64,000 bases of DNA from Camelus ferus. Lineage: Eukaryota. The translations under genes were made by a program, and so were the position numbers. The notes below the pieces were generated by a model, which was not told the DNA's origin, made no database searches, and worked only from the letters and a program-made list of their open reading frames with translations. The stretch covers positions 67,520,001 to 67,584,000 of the forward strand of contig NC_045697.1 of the NCBI RefSeq assembly GCF_009834535.1, written 5' to 3'. Positions 52,267 to 64,000 of this stretch are shown here, piece after piece (position 1 is the stretch's first letter; every line of letters begins with the position of its first letter).

Positions 52267-53219
52267 TATGGTAGCGACAAAGATTCCCTTCTTGACCGAA
52301 CCCTACATCAGGCTCCTCTGAACCGTCTTCTCAACTAGTCCTTGATTTTGGAGCTTTGCGTGGCCCAATTTTAGCAAGTATTCTAAGTAAGTTTAGACAG
52401 AACCCCTCGCTCCTACTATCTGATAAGATTCCTCATCCTCCACCGTTCCCCAGGTGATGTCTGATTACCCTCGCCTGTCCTCAGTGAGAATCCTATTAGG
52501 TTGGTTTAGCCAGAATCTCCCCTTACTGCTGATGTCACCTCTTAGTAATTTTCCATCCATCGTTCTCCTACCTGCTCCTTGGCTACAGAGTCCTGCTTTT
52601 CCTATTGTACTCATAGTTGAGCGTTCTCTCTCTCCCTGACAATAAAACCCTATTGCAGTAGCCCCCTGAATAAAGCCTTCATTACTGTCCTTTAACAAGT
52701 GTCATGAATAATTTTTACTTTAACAGTAAGCTGATTCAAAAAATGTCCACGTCCTTATTCTCTGAACTGGTGAATATGTTAGTTTACATGGAAAAGGGAA
52801 ATTAAATTTTCAGATAGAATCAAGAATGCACATCAGCTAACCTTAAAATAGGGAGATTATCTTGGATTTCTAGGTAAGAGACAATGTTATTATAAGGGTC
52901 CTTAAAAGGGAACGAGGGAGGTAGATGAGCACCAGAGAGATGGCAGCATGAAAAACTCAGCCTGAATTTGCTGACTTTGATGATGGAAGGAAGGGGTCTG
53001 AGCCAAGGAGTGCAGACAGTCTCTACAAGCTGAAAAAGGCAAGGAAACTGATTCTGAAGCCGTCAGAAGCAACACAACCATGCCTATACCTTGATTTTAG
53101 CCCAGTGAGACTGTGTTGAACTTCTGTCCTACAGAACTGTAAGATAATAAACTTGTGTCATTTTAGGACCCTAAGTTTATGATAATTTTTTTTCACAGCA
53201 GCAAGAGAAAATGAATACT
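52267..53219 (+). mobile_element. MLT1D-like solo LTR, split near its 5' end by MER31
   Basis: 'tatggtag' [MER31] 'atgtccacgtcctt...gtgaatatgtta...aatagggagattatc...gagccaaggagtgca...ccttgattttagcccagtgagac...agaactgtaagataataaa'. Confidence 0.85.
52275..52725 (+). mobile_element. MER31-like ERV1 solo LTR
   Basis: 'gacaaagattcccttcttgacc...caggctcctctga...gtttagccagaatc...aataaa...ctttaaca'. 4-bp TSD gtag/gtaa. Confidence 0.85.
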
Positions 53220-53299
53220 ACCTTCATGTGGACTGATTAGAAATCACAGGCCAGTTTAAGACAGTGTTAAGGCCTCTGAAGACCAGACAGAACACATGA

Positions 53300-53724
53300 A
53301 TTTATATTGCTTCCCAGGAAGGTTGCCCTGATTGGCACTTTTTCATGCCTCCCTCTGTTTGGTGCACTTCCTTCCCCTAAAAAAGCAGAGTACAATTTAC
53401 TACCCTTTGACTTTGGATTTGACCATGTGACTTGCTTTAGCCAATACAGTGAAGCAGAAGTCAGAGGATGGAGGCCTCAGCCAGGCCTTAACAGGCCTTG
53501 GAGGTTTCCCTTGCACTCTGGCATCACTATGAGAAAAGCCTGCCCCAGCTGGTCCCAGAGGAAAACAAGTGTCACATGGAAAAGAGGCAAACAGCCAGAG
53601 GCAGGCTCAGCCTAGATCAGTCAACCCCAGCTGATCTTCAAACATGTGAGAAAAGAATGAATGGTGGTTGTTTAAGCCATTGAATTTTGGAGTACTTTTT
53701 ATGCTGCCATAGCAAAGTCCTACA
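53300..53724 (+). mobile_element. MLT1H-like solo LTR
   Basis: 'gaccatgtgacttgctttagccaat...cagcctagatcag...ggttgtttaagccattgaattttgg'. Confidence 0.8.
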
Positions 53725-54599
53725 GCTCCAGTCTGACACATTTTGTTCTGTTTTGTTTGGAATGATAAAGTGATGCATCCTAGCAACTGTCATGCAATAA
53801 GGGCCAGCTTTTCACTTGGACGCCTAAATCTGAAAGCTGCTGGAGCCCAGTTCTTCCCACCAAAGATCCTTCCTCTGGACTGACAGTCTACAGTCTTCTC
53901 ATTTTCCTACTTTAGAAAGGTCACACTTTTGTTAAACATAACTGCCCTCCAACATACCCTGAGGATCTTAGATCTATATTTTCTGAGGTTTGCCAGAAAG
54001 TACGCTATTTTAGTCAGTATTTAAATGTCATGTGTGTACCATAATCCTCTCTGCTGATATCCTGGATGTCTGCCTATATTATATATATATTCCTTCTGAT
54101 AGAGTTTCGGAAATGAAATGGTTCCAGCCAAGGAGCAAATGTTTTGCTATTATTGATTAAGCATTGGGAACGGAGGAACATTTTATACAGTTGCAAAGTT
54201 TCTTTTAAGCATTTGGGAAAGAAAAGTCCCTTACCATCCATCTATTTCTTCCCATGATTTGTTCAGTTCTCAATCCACTATAAGATATTTTACATAAAAT
54301 TTGCCAGAGCACAGCTTTGCCCCCAAATGTTGTGGTGTATCTGTAATGCTGGTATTCTGCTGTTTCACTTGGGAAGGATGAAAAGAATGAAAAGTGAGCA
54401 AGTAGGTTGGGGAAAACTGAATCACAGTTCTTACATTTTCCTACTATGCTCATATTTCAATAGTTTTTAAAGATTTAAGATGCTCTAAACTGAGCTTCTT
54501 AAATTACTAAATACTGTCCAATTATATACAGCAACACAGGAAAATGGGATGCATATAATAAAAGACATAGCAAGTTCAGATTGACTATGAGATTTTGAA

Positions 54600-54752
54600 C
54601 TTCTGGACTTCTCTTCCATTAGACCGTAATCTCCGTGAAGACAGGATTGGATCTCTGTTGATTGGTTGTTTTGTCCACAGTAACTAGCACAGGACTTAAA
54701 CCATTTATCAGTCATCAATAAGTATGTGGTGAATTAGAATCAATGAATGGCT
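54600..54752 (+). mobile_element. L2a 3' tail
   Basis: 'ttagaccgtaatctccgtgaagacagg...ctagcacagg...tcaataagtatgtggtgaat...aatgaatg'. Confidence 0.75.
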
Positions 54753-56059
54753 GAGTTGTGCTTTAAATACTGTGAACCATTTATATGTAGCCCAAGACTA
54801 TTTGCACTAAAATGGAGGGTCTAATAACTATATTTTAGGTAGGGTTTGCTCTTTGACTTGAGATGAAAGAGAATGTGGCTGTCCAAATGGAAAAGCATTA
54901 TAAATGAGAAGGATCTGGAATCAGCTATACATCCTGGGGAGGATATAAGCTACTTTCAACTTTTGCTGAAATTGACCCTTTGAGAAGCCATTTCAAAATG
55001 AAAGTCACAATTGCAAAGAGAGTAAGATATGCAGTTGCCAATGGACAAAATTTCATAATTAGTGATGAACAGGGGTTAGCAAATTCATGAGTTCAGTGAT
55101 AACAATTTATAGGATGTTTTTTAAATGTCTGATTTATTTTTAATGTAAAACTTGTGACAGGTGCACTGTATCATTTTAAACTCTTAAGGTATAGATTATA
55201 GAGAAACAAGAACAGAAAAGTTGGTGTTTTTCTTCAACATTTTCCCTTCTAGCACATAAAGAGTCTTTCTCTGTGTGCAATGTCCAAGGATAAAATTAAG
55301 GCTTTTCTCATTGTCTATAGAGGAAAGATGACATATCCTGAAAGACAATGTTGGCATTGCACTGGCTGACTGTGCATTAGATCAGACAGCAAATTAGATA
55401 TTGATAGAACTATTTTGAACAGTCGATAAGCTTTCTGATGATTGATATCTTTATGCTGCCTGGTAATATCAATGCTGACATTTAGAAACTAGAGAAAGAA
55501 ACAGTAATATAATATTCTCTTCGTGGAATCCTTAAGTGTAACCCAAGCTCACAAGTCTCATTACCTTAGAAAGCAGGATTTACAGAGTTGACTTTCACAA
55601 GAACAAGGGAAAGAAAATTAAAACATCACCCTTTCCTTTGTGTACAAAACTGTCCTTCCAGCCACCTTTCAATCTGAATTAGAGGACGAAGCAGTCAAGT
55701 TCTTTAAAGTTCTTCTGGGATGAGGGAAAAAAAAAAAAAAAGAACCCATCAGAAAAAGTGTATCTTATACAACAAAAATAAACTAAATGCAGAGCAAATG
55801 GTTCATCTCATTAGGTGACTGTTTCTGGTAGGACATTTACCTTAAAACTAAGTGCTCAGAAAAACCACAAAATATATCACTGTCCACTTCTAAATAATAT
55901 TTTCTGAAATGTAATCAGGAAAGTGGAAGATGTTGAAAAGAAAGCACTGTGATTTATACAACAGCCTCTGTTTTACTTTCTTTTGTCCCCTCTCATCCTC
56001 CATTTTATCTTTCAGGAAGAATGTTCTCCAAGGTTAATTAACCAATCAATTAAATACTT

Positions 56060-56548
56060 TATTTATTCACCCATTTATGAATTCAGCAAATATTTAGGAA
56101 ATCCCAATTATGTGTGTCATTGTTATAGACACTGCAAAACAGCAGGATATAAAACATATACAAATATCTCCCCTCACAGACCTTACCTTCTGGTGGGTGA
56201 AGGCAGATTATTAGCAAGTTAATAAATAAAGTATGTAGGCGGTCTACTGGTGACTAGTGCGAATTAGGTAAAAAAGTTGATGAGAAAGTTAGGAAATGTC
56301 ATGAGGTGAGATTTGCTATTAGGAATGTCTGATGAGTGTGGACTGCTCAGTTGCATTTGTATTTAAATTTTAAAAGATAATTATTTTAGTATGAGTATGT
56401 CCCACATATTACTAAGAGAGCAAAGGAAAAAGCCATTGAAGATGGGGTCACAATGGATTTGGTGAAAAAATGATGTCATGGTCTTGTATAGGTGTGAGGA
56501 GTTAGAGGAAATCTTGAACAAGTTGAGACATAAGAGGATGTAAAAGAT
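56060..56548 (-). mobile_element. L2, antisense (3' portion)
   Basis: 'attcagcaaatatttagg...cccctcacagaccttaccttctggtggg', then a purine-rich L2 body. Confidence 0.7.
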
Positions 56549-56549
56549 G

Positions 56550-57592
56550 CGAGTTAGATTTTTAGATGTGAAAATTAAAATTTTAGATATAAACCTTTTC
56601 CTGAAATGAAAAATACAGTGGATGGGATTAATGACAGATAAGACATTCTGGAGGAGGGATTAATAACTTTGAAGACACAATAGAAATTATCCCAAATAAA
56701 TTACAAATAGAAAAAAATGATTAAATAATCAGTGAGCTATGGGAGAAGTCAAAGGACCTGATATAAATACAATTGGAGTCCTCCGAAAAAAGGAAAACAA
56801 TAAAAAAGAGAAGAAACAATGGATGAACACTTTCCAAATTTGATGAAAGCGATTAACTCTCAGATATTAAGAATTTCAGCAAAACTCACGCGCAAGAACC
56901 ATGAAGAAAACTACACCAAAGGACATTGTTGTCAAAGTGTTTAAAACCAGTGATAAAGATAATATTTTAAAGGTGTCCAGGGCAAAATCAGAGATTACAT
57001 GCCTAAGGACAAATATAAGGATTACAGAAGATTTCTAATCCAAAATAACGTAGGCCAAAACCCAGAGGACATTGCATTATTTTTGATTAGAAATCTGCTA
57101 TGCTATGAGAAAGTAAAAACAAAACAAAACAAAACCAAACAAAATAGAAGCCATGACAATCTGTAAGTCTATATCCAGGGAAAATACTTTTCAAAATATA
57201 AAGGAGAAATAAAGATAATTTCAGATAAACAAAACTTTAAGGAATTCACAATTAGCCAACTAGTACCACCAAAAATATTAAGTGAAGTCCTTTAAGGAGA
57301 AGGAAAATAATATCAGATGGAAATGTGGTTATACATAAAGCAATACAGATTATCAGAAATGGTAACTATGTGCATAAATACAAAGATTTAAATTTAAAAC
57401 TCTTGAAAAGCTAATTTATTGTTTAAAGTGAAAATAATAACCATACTGTACATAACAATATTTATAATTTATGTAAAATAAAGTTCATGACAAAAATAGC
57501 CCAAAGGCCACAAGGAGCGAAATAAAAGTATCCTGTTGTGAGATTCTTATGTTATATCTGAAGTGGTGTAATATCACTTCAATTTTGACTAT
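56550..57592 (+). mobile_element. L1M ORF1 and inter-ORF fragment
   Basis: 'gaaatgaaaaatacagtggatgggattaat' (coiled coil), 'aattggagtcc' (IGVP), 'aactacaccaaaggacatt' (TPRHI-like), 'ctatatccaggg' (YPAK-like), inter-ORF 'gaagtggtgtaatatcactt'. Confidence 0.85.
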
Positions 57593-57594
57593 AT

Positions 57595-60552
57595 AACCAG
57601 ACAGCTTTAATGACAGCCCTTAAAGAGTCTTATTTCTAGTAGCCACAGGGCTGATATTGTTGAAAATCAAACACAATTTTTAGTCTTGGGAGTTTCTGTA
57701 TTAGAATGACAGTCAAATTCAATCTCTCCTAGTTTCTCATGTGAAAATTAAGGCATTAATCAGGAAAGAATTAAATCCTTAAACTCAGAATGGGGATATC
57801 TCATTGGACCCAGCTAAAACGGACAATGTTAAATCTGAGACTCCCTTAGAAGCAGAAGCTTTCCCTCAAAGGGCAAAGGAGACTAGACTTCCTTATGTTG
57901 AAAACTCTGTGATAACACAACCATGAAAGGGGATGCTCATTTCCTCAAGACCCACTGCAATCATCGCGTTGCTGTTATATTCATAACTAGGGTCACACCT
58001 CAGCATATTCCATTAGGGCAGATACACCTTTTCTCCACATTCCAGGAGGAAAAAGAAATAGCTTATACACTGAAAGATGTTTAAGACCTTGCTAATATAC
58101 AGCAGCAAAAATCTGAGAAACATGTGCAAACAAGATTTTAAGTGTGTTAGACCAAAGAGGTCTAGACCAGCATAAAACACTAGAATAGGCTCAATTCATT
58201 TATTTAGGGGGTACTTAATCAAGCTTCCAGATTTAATGCTTCAGCTTGTGCAGCTGGATGTGGCTCTCACCATTTACTTGGGTGTTTGAGTGGATGTAAA
58301 TTCAATTGTAGCATCCATTTACTAAGACAGATGCCAGAGCTTCCCTGATATGAAAAGAGAATCCAAAGTCTCCAAGAGAATGCAAAGGGAGACAGAAATG
58401 TTGTACTAGGTTTGTTACGTGTGATCTGCACACCTGTCCCACAACTATGATCCATGAGAAGACCTGAGAAGACCTTGAAAATACTCTCTTCACTAAGGCG
58501 TTGGTAAGTATGTTAGTCATTTATATAGTTAGAGCATCTCTGAAAGGCTCTGTGGCTGCTCTCCACTACAGGCCAGGGGATGCCACCATTCAGATTGGCT
58601 TTCTGATTAAAAAAAAAAAAAAAAAGACAGAATCCCAGAATAGCGGAAGCCAAGCAGCAGCACTTAATCATTAAAGGCAAGGTGGTCACATCAACCATAA
58701 AGGGAAACAGGGACACGCCAGTAATTAGAATGCATTGACCTGCAGAGATCTTTAGTGGTGGCTAATTGATCACAGTGTCTCTAGGAATTAAATAAATGGA
58801 CAGCTCAGTAGCGTATTGCTTGATTTACATAATAGGAAAAACTCTAAGTCCAGTAACAGGAAACCTGACTTGGATTGCCGAAGTGGAGAATTATGGCCTT
58901 TCACCCAGTTTCTAGACTTGTCTGCTCACAGTCCCAGAGCCCTTTGACTGAAATAGTTCTGCTCCTCTTGAGAGAGGACATAGGACAATTGCCTCAAGTA
59001 CATACTGTAAATCTTCCTCCAAGCCTTTCCCAAAGAGCTCATCAGTCATTTACTACAATGACTTTGTTTTGGGGAAAAGAAATACCCAGACATTCTTTTT
59101 TAGGGATTACTAGGTGCTGGCACTGAACTGACAACTTACTCCTGGTGACGTGAAATGCCACTGTGCTCCACCAGTTAGAATAGGGGCCTGTGCTGGTCTG
59201 ATGGAATCTTAACTCTGAATCACAAAGGTCTCAGGAGGTTTGCAGATACTCTACAGTTATTTTTCCAGCTCCTGAATATCTAATTGAAAATAGACATATT
59301 TGACAACTGACAGAATACCCAATTAGCTCGTTAACCCATGTGATGAGGGCCATTATGGTGAGAGTGCCAAATAGAATTCTTAGAACTTTTTGCCAAGATA
59401 GGCTAGTAAACCACAAACAATACAGAATTGCGAAAGTTAATGCCACCATGAAAGAAGCAGGGATAGTATTATCTATCACATTCCCATCTTATTTATTAGT
59501 TTTACCAGTGCAGAAATCAAATGGAGAATGACAGTGAACTATTTTAAAGTTAAGCGGCAACTCCAATTGTCCTTGCTGTATCAGACACAGTATTTTTACT
59601 GGAGAAAATCAATATAGTGCCTCGGACTTGGTATGCCACTCTTGACCTGGTTTATGCACTTTTCTTCATACCAATTTTTAAGTATAACCGAAAGCAATTT
59701 ACTTTTATCTGCAAGGGCAAACAATGTAACTTCACAGTATTGCGCCACACTTAAACAATGCAAATGCTCTTTGCCATAACGTTGTCCGCTGAGATCCTGA
59801 TCATCATGACATTTTGCAAACCATTATAGTGGTCCAATATATTGGTTACTATCAAGCTGATTGTACCTAAGGAGCAAGGTATGAGTAAGTTGCATGAGTA
59901 TAGGTGGTTCTGACAACTTTGACTCCAAGTCCTGCAGCATTGTGTCCTCCCTCACTTCAAGCCTTTGGATTCCTGGAAGTTTCCCTGAAACCAAATAACT
60001 GATGAAGAGCACAGTTGATCCAGCTTTAGAAACGGGTCACATGGTAAGTTGTGACCACCCCAAAATGGAATGCTGTAGCACTATTAACCCATTCAGGGAT
60101 GACCCTGAAGACCACTGGTGAAGAAAGAAATGTTTGGGTGGATGGCCATGGACTTGGAATAAATAAGATTGGAAAGCTGGCAAAAAGTCAGTTTGGGAAA
60201 GGAGTACGTGGATGGATCTCTCAGAATAGATACAGATTGTAAAACTATTTGTGTTCTGTGTGAATGCCCAGCAAAGGGCATTCACTGCAGAGGAAACCTG
60301 TCATCAACTGAATGGACCAAACAGTAATTAGTGGACAAAATGACATGATCTGTGAATGTCAGTTGGCTTCCTTACCCAGGCACCACAGTTCTTGTTCGAG
60401 ACCATAAAGAGAGTGGTCATGATGTTACAGACAGAGACTGAACAGCATGCGCATCCCCTTCCCAGGGCTAACCTGTTGCTACTGCCGAGTGGCTAATCTG
60501 CTGGCAGAAGAAACCAGCACTGAGTCCCTGATGTGGTACTGTTTCATGGGGG
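57595..60552 (+). mobile_element. Degraded ERVL-class internal gag-pro-pol fragment, no LTRs, with an internal pol deletion
   Basis: Gag 'HRADIVENQTQ' and 'VKIKALIRKE'; protease GLLGAGTELT at 59104-59133 (catalytic D lost); 'PVQKSNG' (ORF 59340-59531); WRMTVNY at 59522; 'TWYATLDL'; YIGY in place of YIDD near 59838; RNase H 'KWNAVAL' and 'WMDLSE'; integrase N-terminal 'HKESGH...EWLICWQ'. Confidence 0.92.
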
Positions 60553-61020
60553 TAAGTACTTGGGAATATATTTGACAAAATAGTTCAAGATCTGAACACT
60601 AAAAATTACAAAACATTGTTGAGAAACTGAAAAAAAAAAAGTAAGTAGACAAATTATTTATTCAATACATGTTGCTGGAGCAACTGGAAAATCATATGCA
60701 AAACTACAATTTTAATCCATACCTAACAGTATAGAGAAAAAAATAACTCAAAGTGGAGCATGGACCTACATGTAAAACCTAACGTTACATAACTTCTAGA
60801 AGAGAATGTAGGGAAAATTTTTGTAACCTTTGGCCAGACAAGGATTTCTTATATACAGCACCAAAAGCGTGACCCACAAGACAAAGGATTGTTAAATTGG
60901 TTTTTATCCAAATTAAGACCTTCTATTCTTTTGAAAGACACTGCTTAGAGAATGGAAAAACAAAATACTGGTTGGGAGAATGTATTTGCAAATCAAATAT
61001 CTGATAAAGGATGTGTATCC
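60553..61020 (+). mobile_element. L1 ORF2 fragment (two joined pieces)
   Basis: 'KYLGIYLTK...NYKTLL', then 'LFNTCCWSNW', 'NSKWSMDLHVKP...LLEENVG' and 'FANQISDKGCVS'. Confidence 0.9.
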
Positions 61021-61460
61021 TGGCTGTGAATGGGGAAAAATAAATGAGAGCTGGATGGGAATTTGTAGTCCAAATGTGTTATCTTCAGATGGAGAGATTA
61101 AGCACATTTCCATGCTGATGGAAAAATAAAACTGAAAGAAAGAGACAGAGTTTGAAGCTATAAAAAGGTGACAAATGAGCAGAGAACGGAAAGAGTGGGA
61201 GGGCCTGAATGGTAAGGTTGGTGTGGTGGGAAATTAGAAGTGTGAATGGCAGGCACCGGGAGGGTGCTGAGGGCACCTCAGTAAGACAGCTGTAGCAGGG
61301 ATGCAGTTGCAGGTTTCACAGCAGGATGATGGTCAGGGTTGGGATAAGGGAAATTTAGGGTCAGAATGGAATGAGGTTAGATGTGCCCCTGGAGGCCTGT
61401 TGAGGCTTCACAATGGCAGGCCCAGAGCTCACAGAGTATGACCAGGAATTGAAGACCTTA
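61021..61460 (-). mobile_element. L2, antisense (continuation of 56060-56548)
   Basis: Purine-rich 'tggctgtgaatgggg...gagattaagcacatttccatgctgatggaaa' matches the antisense L2 body. Confidence 0.55.
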
Positions 61461-62394
61461 TCCTTTAACTCTTGGTGGTCCAGTGTTCTTTAAGATTTAA
61501 TTTGATGCACCCCAAACTTCTTAGCTTACATTTTGGGCATGTTTATATTTTTCTGGTATCTCAGTGTTCCATCTATAATCCTTCTCATATCTTCTCCCCA
61601 AACTACATTCCTTGGTATGTAGATAACTTTCAGCAGACAGTAAGAACTCTGACTGGACAATCTTGCTTTTTAAGTTTTGTTATTGTTTTTGTTTACCACA
61701 TGAAGTATGGATTCCCCAGAGAACCAGGCCTGTCACTTTTCAAGCCTAATTCTAAGAAAAACAGTTCACACGGTTTTACATAGGAGCCCTCCTTGGCTTT
61801 CTTGATCCTTCCCCACAAACTCCCTTTATTATTATAGTAAGCAGACTAACCCATGTCCAGTAAAAAAGCTAAAACCAAATAATAGAAGAGGCAGGAGTAG
61901 TCTTCTGAAATTTGCCTTTTTGAAGGATCTTTTTTCTTCTTCAAAGTTGATTGAGCTATCATGATCCACTTCAACACTAAAAATGTGCTAAATATCCATT
62001 CTGTACAGAATCTGTTGCCTAGATGTTACTTTTGGTACAGATGTATCCTCCTAACATTTAGCATCCTAAAGAACATACGTTTTATATAGCACATGGGAAC
62101 ATTTCATCCCTAAAAACAGAACGAAAAGGATGATACAGAAAATGCTAATATGGCTTAGAGATTCTTACAGCACTTAATCAAGTGGAGAAAAAAAAAAGCA
62201 ATACCAATTATGTGAACAAGATAAAGATCCGGATGAAAGCAAGACAGTCACGGGGAAAATTGTGACTAAATATGACCTAGGGAAAGAAAAAGAGATGTAA
62301 ATCTTATGCCCTAAGAAGATCAACTTTATTAAACTAGTAAGCTTTCGACTAGTTCCTCCTAGGTATCTGTGACGTCAAAGATTTGACAAATATA

Positions 62395-62600
62395 GAGAAA
62401 AGAGATCTGAATTGAAAAATCTGAAGATTTGGGTTCATACTTTGCCTTCACCATTGAATTGCTGAATGACTATGGACAGATAATGGAACCTCAGTTTAAT
62501 TACCTATAATATGACCATAATTAAACTTGTGCCATCTGGTTGTCAGAGATCAAAATGAGGAAGTTTATTTGGGGGCTTTATAAATTTTGAAACATATTAC
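62395..62600 (+). mobile_element. MIR (MIR3/MIRc-like)
   Basis: 'gaagatttgggttcatac...tgactatggacagat...aacctcagttt...gagatcaaaatgag'. Confidence 0.65.
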
Positions 62601-64000
62601 TCCACTCTGATTACCCTGAAGATAATTGTATGTTTGTTATTGTTTGTATTATTTCTGTTAATACATAACTATATGACAACCAAGTAAAGATATCTTGAAA
62701 ACAAGATAGAAGTTCTAAGGTAGACAGCTACTCTTTGCATGCAGAGAAGTGCCCTTCCCTTCTTTAAAGCTGGTCTATAGAGGCCCGTGAAAATATAAGA
62801 GAATGATATTTCAGAGCTGGAGAAGTAGCTCTCTTCTAAATGGGAATGCATGCCTGACTGCTTCACATATTAATCATAAGATAGTTATCAAATTAACTGA
62901 AAGCTGTTGCAATCCCAAGCATGCTTTAAAATAATAAGGTAAAATATCAAATAATAAAAAGGGTCTGGTAGACTTAAGTTTTCCTTTTCCTATTTATTTC
63001 TCTCTTTATATTAATAACACTTATACAGTGTGATAAATTACGATTTTGTTCTTTATCCATTCCAAAGCTGATAGACTACGTGTCGCAGTCTGGAACGTAG
63101 AGCATCATTGTGTGTGTCAGAGTCTGGCAGTTTCTTTGACTCGTGGAGGTCATTGTGTTCTATGATGTGTTTGATAAGTAGCTTCCACCAAATACACTTT
63201 TCAGAGAGAAAGACAGGTTTTTAGACAATTAACAACATTTTTGAGATAAGAAGTTTGGAATATCTATGGTTGGAATAGCTGACACAGCTCTGTATAGCCT
63301 AATGAAAAAGTGAAGTGGCTGTTTTACTTTAGGATTTCTTAAGATTTAAAATATATTTATTTCAATTGTGCCTCATAATATTTAAAATAATACTCTCACA
63401 ACACAGACAAAATTACTGAATGTTATTTTTAGACATTTAGGTGCTCTTACCGTAATTGCTATGAGGAAAGGCAATACGACCAAATCTAGTACTGATACAA
63501 TCAAAATGCTATATTTAGCCTGCACAAAAATTTTCTTCTGGGAATTACAGAATGCTCTGTCCTATTTAACATAGCATATGGACGTAGCATATACCATTAT
63601 TGTAGTCTTCTTTTTCTATTAAAATGCTAATGAATAAAAAGGGATTTCATTTTTATTAAGGAGGGTAGACATACAAGTGTGGGAGAGTGAATTAAAAACA
63701 AACCTACTGGGAGAAGAGATAAGAAGTCTAGACATCTGCATGATTCTTCCTCTCACATATCAAACTCAGAATCATACACCCACTGGGAAGAGGGAAAGTA
63801 TTAAAATACAAAAGAAAACTGAACCCAAACTTATGAAAGAATAGCACCAAAAGTATTCAATAAAAGCAATCAGTTTTCTTATTTTCTTCATAAACAACAT
63901 TGATATTCTTAAAATCTAGAGGCACACATAGTAGGTGGTTTTATCTTTTCTTCTTTTTGTCATTTAAAAAAATATTTAAGAAAAATGTAATAATACTAGC

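Noticed and set aside
144..62866. ORF-track entries as host genes
   Set aside because: All are 155 aa or shorter, many use non-ATG starts or cross microsatellites, and the recognisable ones are TE fragments (1612-1818 and 59340-59531 ERVL; 23586-23879 antisense L1).
1..64000. CRISPR array, tRNA/rRNA genes, CpG-island promoter, processed pseudogene or non-retroviral endogenous viral element
   Set aside because: No regularly spaced repeats, cloverleaf or box motifs, CpG-dense tract or recognisable host/viral peptide seen by eye. A frameshift-aware BLASTX of the repeat-masked window would be needed to exclude very old fossils.

Overview
Mammalian (eutherian) genomic DNA, AT-rich and strongly CpG-depleted, with no CpG island and no recognisable protein-coding gene, tRNA, rRNA or CRISPR array. 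It reads as a gene desert or very large intron. Short, young L1 3' tails (e.g. 35074-35195, 9607-9898) resemble camelid L1, and no Alu, B1, Bov-tA, PRE1 or CAN-SINE was seen, so a camelid genome is likely (inference from recalled consensus sequences). Most of the window is old transposon debris: L1M, L2, MIR, MaLR/ERVL/ERV1 solo LTRs and Tigger/hAT MITEs. There are two degraded, LTR-less ERVL-class gag-pol fragments (922-3930 and 57595-60552). The ORF-track entries are TE fragments or chance ORFs. The most notable structures are: (1) a 5'-inverted gag segment with a 13-bp inverted duplication at the breakpoint in the first ERVL; (2) an L1 ORF1 / ERVL gag-pol / L1 ORF2 composite interrupting an L2; (3) a 53-bp dispersed direct repeat; (4) several nested insertions with target-site duplications (TSDs); (5) TE-free blocks with motif clusters or splice signals that may be enhancers or lncRNA exons. 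I see no convincing new biological system. Repeat family names were assigned by eye and boundaries are approximate.
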